The notes beneath the pieces were generated by a model. That model did no database searches. It was not told the origin of the DNA and was given only the letters and a program-made list of their open reading frames with translations. The position numbers and the translations under genes are program-made. From Amphiscolops sp. MND2022 (taxonomy: Eukaryota), in assembly GCA_964187785.1 (NCBI GenBank), contig OZ076411.1, forward strand, positions 37,882,001 through 37,946,000: a DNA stretch of 64,000 nucleotides, given 5' to 3'. Within the stretch, counting starts at the first letter, position 1; the number at the start of each line of letters is the position of its first letter. This document shows positions 62,842 to 64,000 of the stretch, piece after piece.

Positions 62842-63749
62842 TGAAAAGTTTTTACAACTTATAAGTACAACAAAATAACAGTAGTCGAGTTGATTTCAAA
62901 ACAAAACACAAAGCTTCTTGTGCCTTTTGAGAAATGGTTTGGCTTAAGATGGAAGGCGATTCAAAAGTTCAATTGTTTTAAGTGTTTTAAGTTTCAAAAC
63001 TTCAGTGATTGTTGGTTACTTTGAGGAAATGTACTCTAACTTTGAACTATTTGATATTCAAGAAAGCCAATCAACATCATACCTTCAATACTTCTTCCAA
63101 TACAAATTTGACGACCTAGGCCAACTTAAATCCGACTATTGCACAACTTGTAATCTTTGCTAGCTTCTTTACAGCATAATGTAAAGCACGATTGATTTCG
63201 TTTTTAACCTATTTCAAAACCGAATGGAACCAAATAAATCCCACAAAATTAGACTTTCGATATTTTGGATTTTTCAAAGTTTCTCCTTGGATAATGGTTT
63301 GCAACCATGTCAAACATTTTTATGTGATCACCATTTATTACTTCCTGTCAGCCTCTAGTACTGACAGACGATTGTGTTAAAGAAGAGTCAAATTCTTCTT
63401 AATCTCGTAGTCCGAAACTGGTCCAAAGCAACTTTAGTAAAAATCTAGCTGGGATTGAACATTCGATTCCTGAGGAAAAATTTTCATTGCAAGCGACTGA
63501 CCGAAAATGATTCTACATGTGGTGAATACTCATAGAAAAATATGATGTGCGATCAATTGGTTCATTTTTCAAAACTGCATAACTTTGAAAAAAAATGACA
63601 AAAACAGGAATCCTTCAGAAAACGACTTCATGTTGAACAAATTGACGTTGATTTAGTTTGGTGACTCAGTTTTGATGTCCGTTTTTGAACATTTATCTGA
63701 AAAATTGGAACGAAAAAGTTTTCTGACAATTTTTACTGGTATTTCCAAA

Positions 63750-64000
63750 ACAGTTAATCGCAGAAGGAAGTTGGAAAACTACCAATCACCGAAAAACAAA
63801 TTGAGGAAACAACATTAGATTTTGCGGATTAATTTCAAAATGTTTCTAATAGAAAAAAAGTACATGCAAGTCTCCGTAGATCATTACTCAGGATGACCAG
63901 AAGCATTGTTTTCGACTAATCCGACGACGGATAGGGTCTTCGAACTTCCATAATATAAAGCTCAGAATGGAATACCAAGACGGATAAGAAAGGATCCGGG
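63750..64000 (+). pseudogene. Gypsy integrase fragment (continues past the window end)
   Basis: VGKLP...LDFA...KYMQVSVDHYSG*PEALF...NGIPRRIRKDPG. Confidence 0.8.

Overview
This is repeat-dominated, AT-rich eukaryotic DNA, probably from an invertebrate animal. That assignment is inference from spliceosomal GT-AG introns, Ty3/Gypsy elements and CR1/L2-type LINEs; there is no prokaryotic gene organisation. Most of the window is decayed, nested mobile elements: four Gypsy bodies or fragments (13097-17796, 19527-25320, 31733-37272, 63750-64000), several long LTR-like units carrying ORF remnants, two LINEs (one with a 2A-like DVETNPGP motif), a TA-flanked MITE and Helentron-like non-autonomous repeats. 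Apparently intact host-like genes are two divergent ARM-repeat paralogues (46929-47900, 52289-53212) and a probably two-exon gene at 61250-62841. The latter joins a KHA/ubiquitin-like domain and a coiled coil to a domain reminiscent of uncharacterised marine bacterial/phage proteins. The most striking signal is two very divergent copies (1-2450 and 26457-29250) of a minus-strand gene resembling a hAT-type transposase along its whole length. Both have a BED zinc finger and a hAT-like core, show altered catalytic motifs, and appear to carry three spliceosomal introns at matching positions. One copy lies convergently just downstream of a Gypsy pol and the other upstream of an LTR-like unit. This suggests LTR retrotransposons carrying a spliced, antisense, DNA-transposase-derived accessory gene. 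Family comparisons are from recalled motifs and hand alignment, not database searches.
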